Source of the DNA: Octopus sinensis
Taxonomy: Eukaryota
Assembly (NCBI RefSeq): GCF_006345805.1
Contig: NC_043003.1
Coordinates: forward strand, 83,824,001 to 83,888,000
Length of the DNA: 64,000 bases
Direction of reading: 5' to 3'
The notes under the pieces are model-generated. The model was not told the origin of the DNA and made no database searches. It worked only from the letters and a program-made list of their open reading frames with translations. Made by a program: the position numbers and the translations under genes. Positions 51,194 through 63,720 of the stretch are shown piece by piece (positions within the stretch are counted from its first letter, which is position 1; each line of letters begins with the position of its first letter).

Positions 51194-52154
51194 TTAAATT
51201 TAAATGAATCTAATGGTTTTTGTGTGTTTCTTAAATGGCTTATAAATACCTTCCATGCTGCAATTGTTTTCGTTCCAGCACAATCTCAGATCAGGTCACT
51301 TGCTATGCAAGTAAATCTCTGTAAAATGAAAAACCCTAAAACCAATATATATATCAACCAACAACTTCACAAGCTAGACATAGAATCATGTCAATGACCA
51401 GGTTGTAGTTTTTACAATGTAAATTTTTGACACCAAATAATAAACATTTAAGCTAAGTTAATAGTCATTCTATGTTTTTGAATGGCTGATATGTATCTTC
51501 CATGCTGCAATCATTTTAGTTTCAAAACATGATCTCAGATCAATTCCCTTGACTGGAAAGATAACCCTCTAAAATAAATAAAAAGTCCATTCTCAAAATT
51601 AATTATTTAACGACAAAAGATAGCTGTTAAAGAATTATCAACAAATAATGTTGTTAAGTTAAACTAATACGGACATTGGTGTTGTGGTCAAGAAGTTTGA
51701 CTGCATCCTCACAGTCTTCAGTTCAATCCTATTGTGTGACATCTTGGGTAAGTAAGTGCCTCCTGCTGCAGCCCAAGGTTGAGAGCAATGCCTTGTGAAT
51801 GAATTTTGAAGCTGAGTAAAAGCGTGGTTGCCCTTGCATACAGACTCATCTCTTGCAACACTCTCCAGCTGAGCATCCCTAACCTTGTGGCCTCGCAAGT
51901 GCTGTGGTCACGTAAAAAGCACCCAGTACACTCTGTAAAATGGTTGGTGTTAGGAAGAGCATTCAGTCAAAGAAATCATGCCAAAACAGACATGAAGCCT
52001 GAACAGCCCTTCAGTAGGTCAGCTCCTGTCAAACCATCCAAGCCATGCCAGCATGGTAAATGGACATTAAATGATGATGTTGATGATGATGAGAATCTGT
52101 ATTGGTGTAGAAACATTGTGTATGTGTGTTTGTGTGTGTGTGCATGTGTGTTTC

Positions 52155-52205
<51 letters not shown>

Positions 52206-52569
52206 CTGGTATCGTTTTAAGTCTTTGTTACTTATTGTTTTAGTATCTCAACATGCCCACAGTCCCATGACTAAAACAAATACGAGAATGAAATAATAAA
52301 AGAACTAGTCCATGCTGGTTGGAATCTATCTAAGTTATTTGTAGGAAAACAATTTCAAGAAAACATTTGTAAGAGTTCTTAAAAACTTGATGCAATATCT
52401 CAACATTCAGTGAAAATGAAAATCTGACAGTTGTGCACTATACATCTGTACTCTAGGCATAACTGCCTGGAACTAACTTAGCCTACCAGTGCAAAAATTT
52501 TCGCACATGTGCAGGAGGTGTAGTGTCACCTCTCACCCAAAGAATTTTGCTCACACAGCATTAGTTTTG

Positions 52570-52950
52570 GCAGGAAGGTGTCCATCAGACACCTACCATA
52601 TTCTGAGCGCCTTGTTTCCCTGGGCATGGACTCACTGAAGCTCCGGCGTCAACCACCTCACCAATAACAACACTGAACACCTTTTTGATCTCCATGTGTC
52701 TAACACACGTGGACATGCCTACAAAGTCAGAAAACAACACAGCTCCCATGACTTTCGGAAACATTTCTTCACGCTCAGAGTTGCTGAAGCATGGAATAAA
52801 CTGCCTGCGTCAGTTGTTGACTGCCATGACACTGCATCCTTTAAGGCCCTCATGCTTTCCGAAATCCGTCGAAACTACACCTGATTATATATGCACTTTA
52901 GATGAGTTGTGGTGCACCTGAGCACTGTACACAATGTTTATTATTATTAT
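52570..52950 (+). mobile_element. CR1-type LINE 3' end (close relative of 47890-48400, with a short internal deletion)
   Basis: Same NTRGHAYKVRKQ..WNKLP peptide and (TTA)n tail. Confidence 0.88.
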
Positions 52951-54411
52951 AAAGTCGGTTACTTGTGAATGTACCTCAAATGTATGTATATATGAATGAA
53001 TGAATTAATGAATGAATGAGTGAGTGAATGAATAAATGAATGAATGAAAGAAAGCCAAGGCCATAATTGAAGACACTCGCCCAAGGTGCCACGCAATGGG
53101 ACTAAACCCAAAACCACATGGTTACGAACCAAACTTCTTAACTGTGCAGCTATGCCAGTGCTTCACACCCATTTTAATAAAATCATCCTGTTGGTCTGAT
53201 ATATTTAGAAGTGTGATACAACCCTGGTTTTATTTGTTTCATCAAATTCCGTGTCAAAGACAACTGGAAAATGAATTTTTTATCAAAGTGATTCATAGAT
53301 TTCTTAACTTCTGATCTTGTATGTAACCATATCAAAATAGATCATTGAAACTGTATCCAATGATTCTATGTGGCACCAGTCCCATAGGTAGAATAAAGTT
53401 GAAGGGAAATTTAGCTGCTATTTCAAACAAGTTGTACAACCACATAGCACTTGTCTTGTTGGCTGACTGAAGGTGAGTAATATACTGAGATTAACCTTAC
53501 CTCATTTCCTAGAAGTGTCGTTGCATCTCATTAAAAGTATATTTTAAATATGTACATTTTAAAGGGCAGCAGATGTTGTTTCACTGTTGGTAATAACTGT
53601 TCAATAAGTCTAGCTTTGTAGCTTACCAGCCACCCAGCTGTCTGTCTGCCTGTCTATTTCCCTACCTATCCACACACACACACGCACACGCACACACACA
53701 TATATATATACATATTTTATATATTAAAAGGCAAGTTGTCTATCTGTGTGTGTGTGTATTGTTTGAACCACTTCTACTCCTACAATTTTCAGCCAAATTT
53801 CAACAAGTGCTCCTTTGACTTAGAACATCTTTTCTTATAATTTTTTCCTCGAAATTCCACGCCCCCAACATAAATAGACTATTTTCAATTCACCTAGGAT
53901 CTGAACCCACCACGTCTATGCAACAGTATGCATTTGATTTTATATATTAAAAGGCAAGTTGTCTGTCTGTGTGTTGTGTGAACCACTTCTACTCCTCCAA
54001 TTTTCAACCGAATTTCACCAAATTTGACATGTGTACTCTCTTTGACTTCGGACGCTTTTTCTTATAAATTTTTCCTCAAAATTGTGTGCCCTTAACATAA
54101 ATAAAATACTTTCAATTCGCCTAGGATTTGGCTTGAGCCAGCAAAAAAACGTGACACACACCCAGCTGGAAAAAAATTAATATTTTACTTTGTCAGCTGT
54201 GGTGAGCTCTTATTGACTGCTTGCACAGTACTGCCAGCAGTATTCACTTACAAGTTACGATTTGCCTCTGTTTTCCCATACTCTTTTACTTGTTTCAGTC
54301 AATTGACTGTGGCCCATGCTGGAACACCGCCTTTAGTCGAGCAAATCGACCCCAGGACTTATTCTTTGTAAGCCTAGTACCTATTCTATCGGCCTCTTTT
54401 GCTGAACCACT

Positions 54412-54901
54412 AAATCTGCTGGCTCAATGGTTTTCCCTTCAATGGTAGAATTAGTAGTCAAGACTATTTAAGCATTTTGTCTAATCAAATTCATCCTATG
54501 GTTGCGGAACAGTTTACGGAGAGAAACACAATTTTTCAGGATGATAATGCACCAATTCACACAGCTAAAGTTGTTACTGAATGGCACAAGGAACATTCTA
54601 GTGAAGTTGAACATCTTATCTGGCCACCACAGCCCCCAGATCTCAATATTATTGAACATTTATGGTGCATTTTAGAAAAACAAGTAAGGAGTCAATATCC
54701 TCCACCATCATCAATACAAGAACTGGAGTCTGTTTTAGCTGAAGAATGGACAAAAATTCCTTTAAAACAATTCAAACTTTGTATGAGTCCATACCTCGTA
54801 GAATTCAAGCTGTAATTACTGCCAAAGGCGATCCTACCCCATATTAAAATAAATTTGTCTGAAATTTTAAGGTGTTTCCATTATTTTGTTCAACCCCTGT
54901 A
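54412..54901 (+). mobile_element. Tc1-like transposon 3' fragment with DD36E spacing
   Basis: FQDDNAPIHTAK...WPPQPPDLNIIEHLW. The right TIR ggtgtttccattattttgttcaacccctg is followed by TA at 54900-54901. Confidence 0.88.
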
Positions 54902-55855
54902 TATTATGTTATAATTTGTTAATGTTGTCTCTACAGATATTCTATAGAAATTATAGTGAGTGATGTAGGAATTACCTTAACAAGTAATGTAAAGCACATT
55001 GCTGACACAGTAGGACACAATATAGACTTATGAAAACATTTAATATACTTTATGGTATATTATTGTTGCCTAACAAAATACCACATCCCTACAAGTTGTT
55101 AATACGTTTTAATTATTATTATTAATTTTGTTCATCATGTACAAGTATATGTATATTCATCATTATTTTATTTATTTTATTTAATTTTAGAAAAATGGAA
55201 GCATACCTTTTACATGCCAGAGTGTGTTGCACTTATTTTGTGCATGACTTTTGGCTCGCCCAGTATATATAAGATATATATAAAAGAAGTACAGACAATT
55301 GAACTATCAAATACTTCACTAGTTTTTGAACATAAAGTGGCAAATCAGTGTGATAAGTGTACATAACCTGTGAGGTAATTGATACAATGTGTTAGTTGAC
55401 AGATCAAGAAGAGACGCGTGCTGGAGGTAGGTAACTAACAAAGTCAATATGGGTTTCTAGGTGACATTAAAGTGTAAATTATCTATAACTAAATATGAGA
55501 GTCAAGTTTACTTAACTAAATTACAAAGTATAAGTTGAATGGTTTGAGATTAGAGAATTAGATAGACAGTATTAAAAGCTTATTAGATAAGAGTTTTTAA
55601 GTATAAAATGTTTATAGTGCGGTGTGAGCATTTTACCCCAAGTTCACTAGATTTATCAAGGACATTACTTGAACATTTTAGTATTTCTCATAAATCAGTG
55701 CTGCAAGGTCTACACCCATACCTTGTTGTTTGAATGGGATATTGCATGTTTGATTATGTTTCAGGTAATTTGGAATCCAATATTTTCGTCCTTTAATTAC
55801 CAAACATTTTTGTGAGCGATGTAAGCTTATATATCTATTTATATAAAAGTCTTGT

Positions 55856-55889
<34 letters not shown>

Positions 55890-56411
55890 CCAGCATAACT
55901 TCTGAAGTTCACAACTGATTTTCTCCAAACTGAGAACATACATTACTTATGTTCCAGAGATGGTTTTTAGACTCTTGAAATTTTTCACAAATAGAGTAAC
56001 GGGCCATGTGGGAGCAGAAAACACCCTTCCCTGGGTTACGTGGAGAAGGGAGGTAACTTCTTGCGAAGTAACTTTCAGAAATTGATTGTCTCCTTTACAT
56101 CCAACATGACTAGTCCGCTAAACGTTTTTCATCGTTTTAAAATATCGATACTAATGCTTTTTATTGACATTTACTGTATTTTAACATGTATAAGGAACCC
56201 CCCAATTTTTGGGGCTTAACATTTGGAAAAAAGGTTTTGTAAAGGATTAGGTAAATTTTGATAAGTGCGCCCACACTTATCAGGTAATGTGTTTCATTTT
56301 TGTGTGGGGAAGAGAGAGAGAGGGAGATACGAGAGACTAAGGATATAGTAAGAAAGAAAAGGCTTTCTATGAAAGAGAGGAGAGACATAAATGAAATGAA
56401 AAATATCTTCC

Positions 56412-56695
56412 CCGGGCCGACCAATGCCTTGTGAGTGGATTTGGTAGACGGAAACTGAAAGAAGCCTGTCATATATATGTATATATATATAAGTGTGTGT
56501 GTATATGTTTGTCCCCCTAGCATTGCTTGACAACCAATGCTGGTGTGTTTACGTCCCCGTCACTTAGCGGTTCGGCAAAAGAGACCGATAGAATAAGTAC
56601 TGGGCTTACAAAGAATAAGTCCCAGGGTTGATTTGCTCGACTAAAGGCGGTGCTCCAGCATGGCCGCAGTCAAATGACTGAAACAAATAAAAGAG
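56412..56695 (+). mobile_element. tRNA-derived SINE, major family, 5'-truncated
   Basis: Near-identical to 49930-50220. Confidence 0.88.
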
Positions 56696-57569
56696 TATAC
56701 TAATGAGATGTTTTTCATCTCTCTCTCTCTCTCTCTCTCTCGCTCACACACACACACAAACAAATGTATAATACTGTGGAAGTGAAAACAAATGATTTTT
56801 CTTAAACACACAAGATATAGTATGTAAATTAAGGACGGTTTTAAAAGATACAATATTCAAGATATAGTTATTTAAACTGATTCTTTGTACATAGCGAAAA
56901 CTGATTCTCTCACTCTCAAATAGAATTTCGGGCAGGAAAACTTGCAAATGGAAAGTGAATTTTTTTTTTATCTCTAAAACACTCTGTACCACTTAAATCT
57001 GTTCTGCAATCTGGGATAAATATATCCAGTGATTTTAACAAGTATGAAAACGATATTTTGTTTTTATATTACTCTTTTACTTGTTTCACACAAACACAAA
57101 AATTCTCCTGGGGATACATTCTTGTCATTACCACTAATTTCTATAACTTTAGCATTTTCTTCTTTTCAAAGTTGTTTGAATTTTCAATCTTATGTAATCC
57201 ACACTCTCTAAAACATATTTCTGTGAAATGTTGGGGATGGGGGTGAAATTTCCGAGGGTTCCACCCAACCCCTTCCCTTGTTTTCTGGACAAAAAGTGTT
57301 TTGTAGCATATTAGGTCACCATAATTCAGTCAATGGGAAAAAAAAAATTTCTAATGATGCTGGATTGTGTTCCGATTTCCCATCACCCCTTGTTTTCCGA
57401 CCAAAAATAAGGGGAATGTGGCACATTAGGTCAGGATACTTGATTTCACGCAAAAAATCCAAGGTTTTTCTTTCTTAGTAAAATGCGTGTGGGTACACTT
57501 ATCAAAATTTACCATGTGTACTCTTAAGAAGAATATTAATAAATTATCTTCACAAGTTAAGTTTTATCA

Positions 57570-57915
57570 AAAATATTTTTTATTAATCATAGAAACCATT
57601 AAATTCCTCATTACTCTCATCTGATACATCATAATCAGATACAACTACTTGTAGTTCATTATTATCAGAGTCACCGTCATTGTAAATTGCATTGTCCTCC
57701 GTACCATCCATGTTGTTGCTTACGATGCACTTTTGAAAGGCCTTTACAATCACTTTGTTCTTCATGCCATTTGCTTAGCCACAAACTTCGCTAATTGTTG
57801 GCTTCCTAACTTTTCCTGTTGGTGAGGTTGGAGTCACCCACTTGCACCCTTCATTTCTCATTAGTTCCTTGAATGATTTGTTGTTACTGATGTCCAGAGG
57901 TTGAAGTGATGTGAT
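57570..57915 (-). mobile_element. pogo/Tigger-like transposase C-terminal fragment
   Basis: LQPLDISNNKSFKELMR..TPTSPTGKVRKPT and IVKAFQKCIVSNNMDGTEDNAIY motifs. Confidence 0.8.
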
Positions 57916-58655
57916 GCCTTTTAATGCTGCCATTATTTTTTCTTCACCTCTTCCACATCTGCAAATTCCGTAACACCAGCCTTCATCACCAGTGATGACC
58001 TTCAAAAAAAAACAGTTTGGATCAACTTCCAACTGTTCTTTCAGTTCACAACATGCATTTAATCTTGACTGCTTTCGATCTTCTGTGAGCAAGTGAGGCA
58101 CAAATTTTGCTGCAACTCTTTTCATTTGCAATTCCTTGCCCAAAATTCGTTGGCAGGAGCTCTAGAGTACACCAGTCATATCAACAAGTTCATCAATTGT
58201 TTGGTGATGGACGGTCCACCAAGATCAGTTCGTGAATTTTTATGATGTTTTCATTCGTTTGGGAGGGCAAAGGCCGTCCTGAATGAGGTTGGTCTTCAAG
58301 CGACCATTCCTAATGCATGCAAGCTACTCATAAACTTGTGTTTTGCCCATGGCAGTGTTCTTGTAAGGTGTTTGAAGCATGACAACTGTTTCAGTCGCTG
58401 TTTTCCCCAGAAGAAAACAGAATTTCGCAGAAGCACGTGGTTCCTTTATTTCAGCCATCACAAAAATCAATGAACAGGGGAGAAGCACTGCAAAACAAAG
58501 ACGCACCATGTGGCAGTACAATTCCACTGCCCACTGCCTGTTGGTGGTTTGATGCCTGAGGGTCATATCAAGTGGCTTCTAATGACAGAAGCCTGAACTA
58601 CAATGGGTTTGTCCCACATAGAATGTTTCCAGTTACTTTTGGGTACCTCCTCGTA
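57916..58655 (-). mobile_element. Internally deleted mariner fragment with 5' TIR
   Basis: TA-cgaggaggtacccaaaagtaac TIR at about 58632-58655. EPRASAKFCFLLGKTATET, KRVAAKFVPHLLTE and KVITGDEGWCYG motifs, then a jump to FADVEEVKKK. Confidence 0.85.
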
Positions 58656-60429
58656 TATGCAAATGATAACAATCCATGCAAGTCAATGAGAGAGATGTAA
58701 CAACTAAATCTTCCTCAAATTACACCTTACTATCTTAAAAGGAAACTCTGAATAATGTAGTCCTGGATGCAGTTGCTCAGAATAAAGAAAAAACACAAAA
58801 CAGGATGACTATGGCTAACATATCTTTAAAAATAGATGTGCTGGATTAAGGCTGATCTGGAGCTAATCAACTACATAAGCCTATAAGTCCATAGAAAACA
58901 TACCCAATATTTAAGTACATCATACATCCCTTAAGAGGGGCTCAACACTCTCAAAACACAATGTATGCAGAGAGGTCAATAAGCGAATCACTATGAGGTC
59001 ACTTGTTCTTTTAGAAATAGCAGCCAAATCTCTTTCAGATCATACCCTAGTCTTAAATAAGGAAAGACATTGGATAATGTATTCTCAGATATGCTAATCC
59101 AGACAAAAAAAAAAAGAGGATAGATGTGGCTGGAGTGTATTTGATCACAGATCTGCTCAGTCAGTACTGATCTTGAACTAAACAACAACTTTATAGAGAT
59201 GTGCTGCCACACTATTTCTGAATGATGGAACTGAAGTCTCATCAGGCAGTGAAACACCTCTGTATGTGTTTTCACCATCACATCAGAGCTGCTAGGAGCC
59301 ACCCATTGATGTAGTAGACAAGACTCCCACACAGCAGCCTAAGCTTTGTTGAGTCAGATGGTGTGACTGTGGACAGATGTTTCTACCTCCTCAGCGCTTG
59401 TTCTTGCTGCACAACTCATCCTCTCTCTTGATTCAGATGTAATAGTTTGCTTTCTCAATTATAAAAAAATTGCACCTTTTGAAAGTACAATTTTAATGGA
59501 AACCTAAGCTCAAATAAAAAGAGAAAGTAGTTAGACATAAAGTCATTGGTCAATTAAACTTTTCCACAACCATCTTTTTTTCAATTGAAATACACTGCCT
59601 ATGAGTTTTAATTTGTTTTGAAAAAACCACAAGAACTTGGGTGCAAGTTTTCCATTATTTAGCTGCTGGAGCACTCATGTATCTCCTCTACAGTGGGACA
59701 TCTGTTACTGTTGCTCTTTCCTATTTTAGCCCCTCTCTACCTAGCACAACCAAGGAGACACAAGAAGAAATGGTGATGTTAGATCTGACTGCATAGGATC
59801 TCATAAAAACTGAGATGATGTAAGAATTTGATGCGTTGAGATATTTTACTTTTATTCTCAAGACCTTTTCCAGGGCTTCCATTGAAAGCATTCATGTGTC
59901 AGTTGATGGTGTTTTTGTCAATCATATTTCACTCTCGAGTCTTTGGTTGACATGAGACTGTGGTAGAAGACAATTGCTCAAAGTACTATGCTGTGGGACA
60001 GAACCCAAAGCCATGCGGCATCAAAATAAACTTCTTAACCACATAACCATGCTTGCACTGTTATGTAAAATATGACAGTAGTTTGTATGGGTACTGCAAA
60101 CCCACACAAACATGAAAATGATAATGACAATATTTATTTCTTTATTGCCCACAGAGGGCTAATCATAGAGGAGACAAACAAGGACAGACAAAGGGATTAA
60201 GTTGATTACATCGGCCCCAGTGTGTAACTGGTAGTTATTTTATCGACCCCGAAAGGATGAAAGGCAAAATCGACCTCGATGGAATTTGAACTCAGAACAT
60301 AATTATAGATGAAATACCACTAAGCATTTCACCTAGCGTGCTAACGATTCTGCCAGCTTCCCATCCTTATGACAATATTGACATCATTCACATAGATTCC
60401 AGAAGGTAAAAGAGAATATTTTACAATAT

Positions 60430-60435
60430 TTTATT
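60430..60435 (-). promoter_or_regulatory. Candidate polyadenylation signal of the ZRSR2-like gene
   Basis: AATAAA on the minus strand about 400 nt after the stop codon, in non-repetitive sequence, with U-rich sequence downstream. Confidence 0.4.
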
Positions 60436-60828
60436 TGTAAATATACTATTTAACAGAATTGGTAAAAATCAGAATTTACAAAACTTAAGTCAGCATCATA
60501 ATAACATAGTCCTTATAAAAAAAAATGTAAATGCTTCTTAAGTCTCTAGGGGCTCATAACAGCCAGCACTCTGCTCCAGTAACATGAACATAAATAGATG
60601 ACAGATTTAATATCCTTTTGCATATGGCATAACTCTATCCACAAGTCACATTCACAGCAAATTGTCTGTTACATATTCCCCCGCAGCAGCAAAGTGTATT
60701 AAGGCAATGTCAAATTGAGCCTACTTTCCCAGTAGACAATAAAACTATGAATTGGCTGTAGTGGATTTCAACAGAGTACATATGCCATGTCCATTTTGGT
60801 TCAATAAGGTAATAGCTACATTAACCAT

Positions 60829-61526
60829 TTATGATGATGAGGATGACGATGATGATAATGATGATGTTCGTCTGTGTGCTCTCTTTTTTTTGTGAGATCG
60901 AGAGTGTGTTTTCTTATGGTTTCTGTCTTTTTTGTGTCTATGGTGATTTAATGTTTTTTCTTTTGAATGTTTGCTATCAGGAGAAAGTGAATTGAGATGA
61001 GAATTTTCCAAAGATCTTGACCGAGAACGAGAGCGCTTTCTTGGAGGAGAACGTGATCTGGAACGCTTTCTTGAAGGAGAACGTGATCTGGAACGCTTTC
61101 TTGAAGGAGAACGTGATTTGGAGCGCTTTCTTGAAGGAGAACGTGATCTGGAGTGCTTTCTTGAAGGAGAACGTGATCTGGAGTGCTTTCTTGAAGGAGA
61201 ACGTGATCTGGAGCGCTTTCTCACAGAAGAACGTCTGCTACTTCGTCGACTATAAGATGAAGAGGGACTAGAATCACGGTGCTGGCTGTGACGAGAACGG
61301 CTGGAACTATGTCTCAAAGGTGATAGAGAATGTCGCCAAAATGACCGATGGTGTCTTGAGGAACGGTGTCTTGAATGAGATCGATAATCATCACGGTTGT
61401 TATGGTGGTGAATATTCTCCGAACGGAAATTTCTATCTGTGTGCTGAAACTCCCGGGTTGGATTTTTAAAGACATGTAGAAAATTGCAGGACTTTCCTTT
61501 GTGGCACCGATTCTCACTGTACAGAC
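60829..61526 (-). CDS. ZRSR2: Last coding exon of U2AF35-related splicing factor (ZRSR2-like): end of second CCCH finger plus RS domain
   Basis: Acceptor tttatttctttcaag|G (phase 1). (G)LYSENRCHKGKSCNFLHVFKNPTREF matches the ZRSR2 ZnF2 C-terminal pattern CxxGxxCNFLHVFxNP. It is followed by a long RS/His-rich tail and TAA at 60829-60831. Confidence 0.88.
61031..61221 (-). repeat. 30-bp coding tandem repeat encoding the RKxSRSRSPS decapeptide
   Basis: Units of acgtgatctgga(a/g)(c/t)gctttcttgaaggaga at 61051, 61081, 61111, 61141 and 61171, plus partial units at both ends. Confidence 0.95.
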
Positions 61527-62378
61527 CTTGAAAGAAATAAAGTTTAAAAATATAAATACATTGAAACACATCATATTTAAGCTCTAAAGTCTTTAAAATA
61601 GTAGAAATTAAGTAAAATAATATTAACTTCTTTTAACTACACACAGCACACAGACAATGTTTTCAGAGAATGGGGTACAGCCAACTGAGCTGACCTCATT
61701 GTATTACAGGTACATATTTTATCAGCTTTAAAGAGATAAAAGGGAATGCTGTCCACACAGGGATTTAAGCACTGAATGTGACAAACTAGTAAAACTACAT
61801 CCATACAACTTCTCTGTGCACTAATCCAGGGAAAGTTGCCAGGCAAAGTCCTCAGGTCCCTTCTCCATAGGATCCTATCAGAGATGACAATCATTATACT
61901 TTGTGGCTGGATTCCCAAGCGTGAACAACAAAGACTATGTATATTATCTAGCCACCTAGGTCATGCTGGATTATGTAGTCCCAGATACACTTTAAAAGAT
62001 GGGATGGATACAGCTGAAATGTCTTTGATCATCACAGGTATGTTCAATACAAGGCCAGATATTAGAAAACAGGTGCAGTGAAGAGTACAGCTGACCCTAT
62101 TTGGTCCCAGTGGGATCATAATCAGAGAAAAAAGAAGACAAAATATGTTAAGTCATTTAGTCAGTGCCCCATTGTTTCCCACAACTTCATATCACACTGG
62201 TTAAAATTCTATTAAAAGTACTTATATGTAGTGTAACCCAGCCAGTTAGAAATAGCAGCTAAATCTATTTTAAATAAAAGACAAACTGGCAGAATCATTA
62301 GGGTGTCATCCAAAATACTATGTAGTATTTATTCCACAACAACTTTCCTTCTAATTTTCTTGCAGTGGGTCCTCCTCC

Positions 62379-62607
62379 TCATCTTTCTTTAACATCCATG
62401 TTCCATGCTGGCATGGACTGGACTGTTTGGCAAGATCCAATGGGTTCAAATGCTGCATCAAGCTCCAGTCTTTGCTTTGGTTTGATTTCTACAGCTGGAT
62501 GCCAAATCAGACTGGAGCATGGTGCAGCCCCTCAGCTTACCAGCCCTGGTCAAACCATCCAACCCATGCCAGCATGGATAATGGACACAAAATGATGATG
62601 ATGATTT
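62379..62607. mobile_element. Fold-back of RTE tail sequence inside the ZRSR2-like last intron
   Basis: Left arm ttccatgctggcatggactggactgtttg..ctccagtc and right arm gactggagc..caaaccatccaacccatgccagcatgga..(ATG)n. Confidence 0.8.
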
Positions 62608-63060
62608 ACAGGTACCGCACTCCACACTCATATCTACTATACCCCACCCTCACACCTGCCGTATTGCGCTCTTCTCATACGTGTTGTTCATCACAAAAGA
62701 TGATGAACTAATTAGAAGTTATGAACTTACCAAACTCCAATCAACTGTTCAAAGGTAATTAATCTAACAGCTGTTTGTTATCTACTAAGATAAAGTTATC
62801 TAATTTGTTACGTATTTTTTTCAGTTTCTAATCAACAACACCACTTAACATTACCCATTTACTTATCACCAACGAAGCCTCAATTGAATTCAATAACTTT
62901 ACTGAAAAGGCCTCTGGCTACAAAATTCAGTCTCAACCCAACCCATGCCAGCATGGAAAAACATGCAAAAATGAACGAACATGGAGTTGTTTTAATTCTT
63001 TTATCTGTTTAAGTCATTAGACTGAAACCAGCCTGGGGCACTGCTTTGAAGTGTTTAGCT

Positions 63061-63219
63061 TGCAATACTAGGGGGCGCACACTCTCCTACCCTGATGTAA
63101 TCTCCAGGGATACAGGCATCCAGCAACAGGACCTCCGTAATACCATGATGGACCGTGAAGTCTGGCGTAGCATGGTAAATTCCATTGTCTCGACCACGGT
63201 CGAACAATGATGATGATGA
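63061..63219 (+). mobile_element. Short 5'-truncated copy of the 652-1018 LINE family, inserted into a SINE
   Basis: Encodes NTRGRTLSYPDVISRDTGIQQQDLR, with an (ATG)n tail and TSD ttagct at 63055-63060 and 63220-63225. Confidence 0.88.
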
Positions 63220-63229
63220 TTAGCTGGGT

Positions 63230-63720
63230 GAATTGACCTCAGTTTTTGTTTTTGTTTTAAAAGTCTGGTACTAATTCTATTGGTTGCTTTTGCCAAACCA
63301 CTATGTTGTGGGGATGTTAACAAACCAACACCAGTTGTTGAGCAATGGGGAGACAAACATAAAATGAGAGACACCATGCTAGTGCATCGCTTTGAAGTGT
63401 TTTTGTCACACAATTCGACCCCCAGGACTTATTTTTAACCCTAGTACTTATTCTATTGGTCTCTTTGCCAAACTGTTAAGTTACGAGGATGTAAACACAC
63501 TAAGACCAGTTGTCAAGCGATGACACACACACACACAAACATACACACATATACAAGCTTCTTTCAGGTTCCGTCAACCAAATCCACTCACAAGGCTTTA
63601 GTTGGTCTGAAGCAATAGTAGAAGACACTTGCTGAAGGTGCCACGCAGTGGGACCGAACCCACAACCATGTGGTCGGGAAGCAAGCTTCTTGCCACACAA
63701 CTGCTTCATTGCAGTTTCTA
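63230..63720 (-). mobile_element. Major-family tRNA SINE remnants
   Basis: gacccc..gacttatt, ccaaatccactcacaaggcttt and gtgggaccgaacc blocks in minus orientation. Confidence 0.75.
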
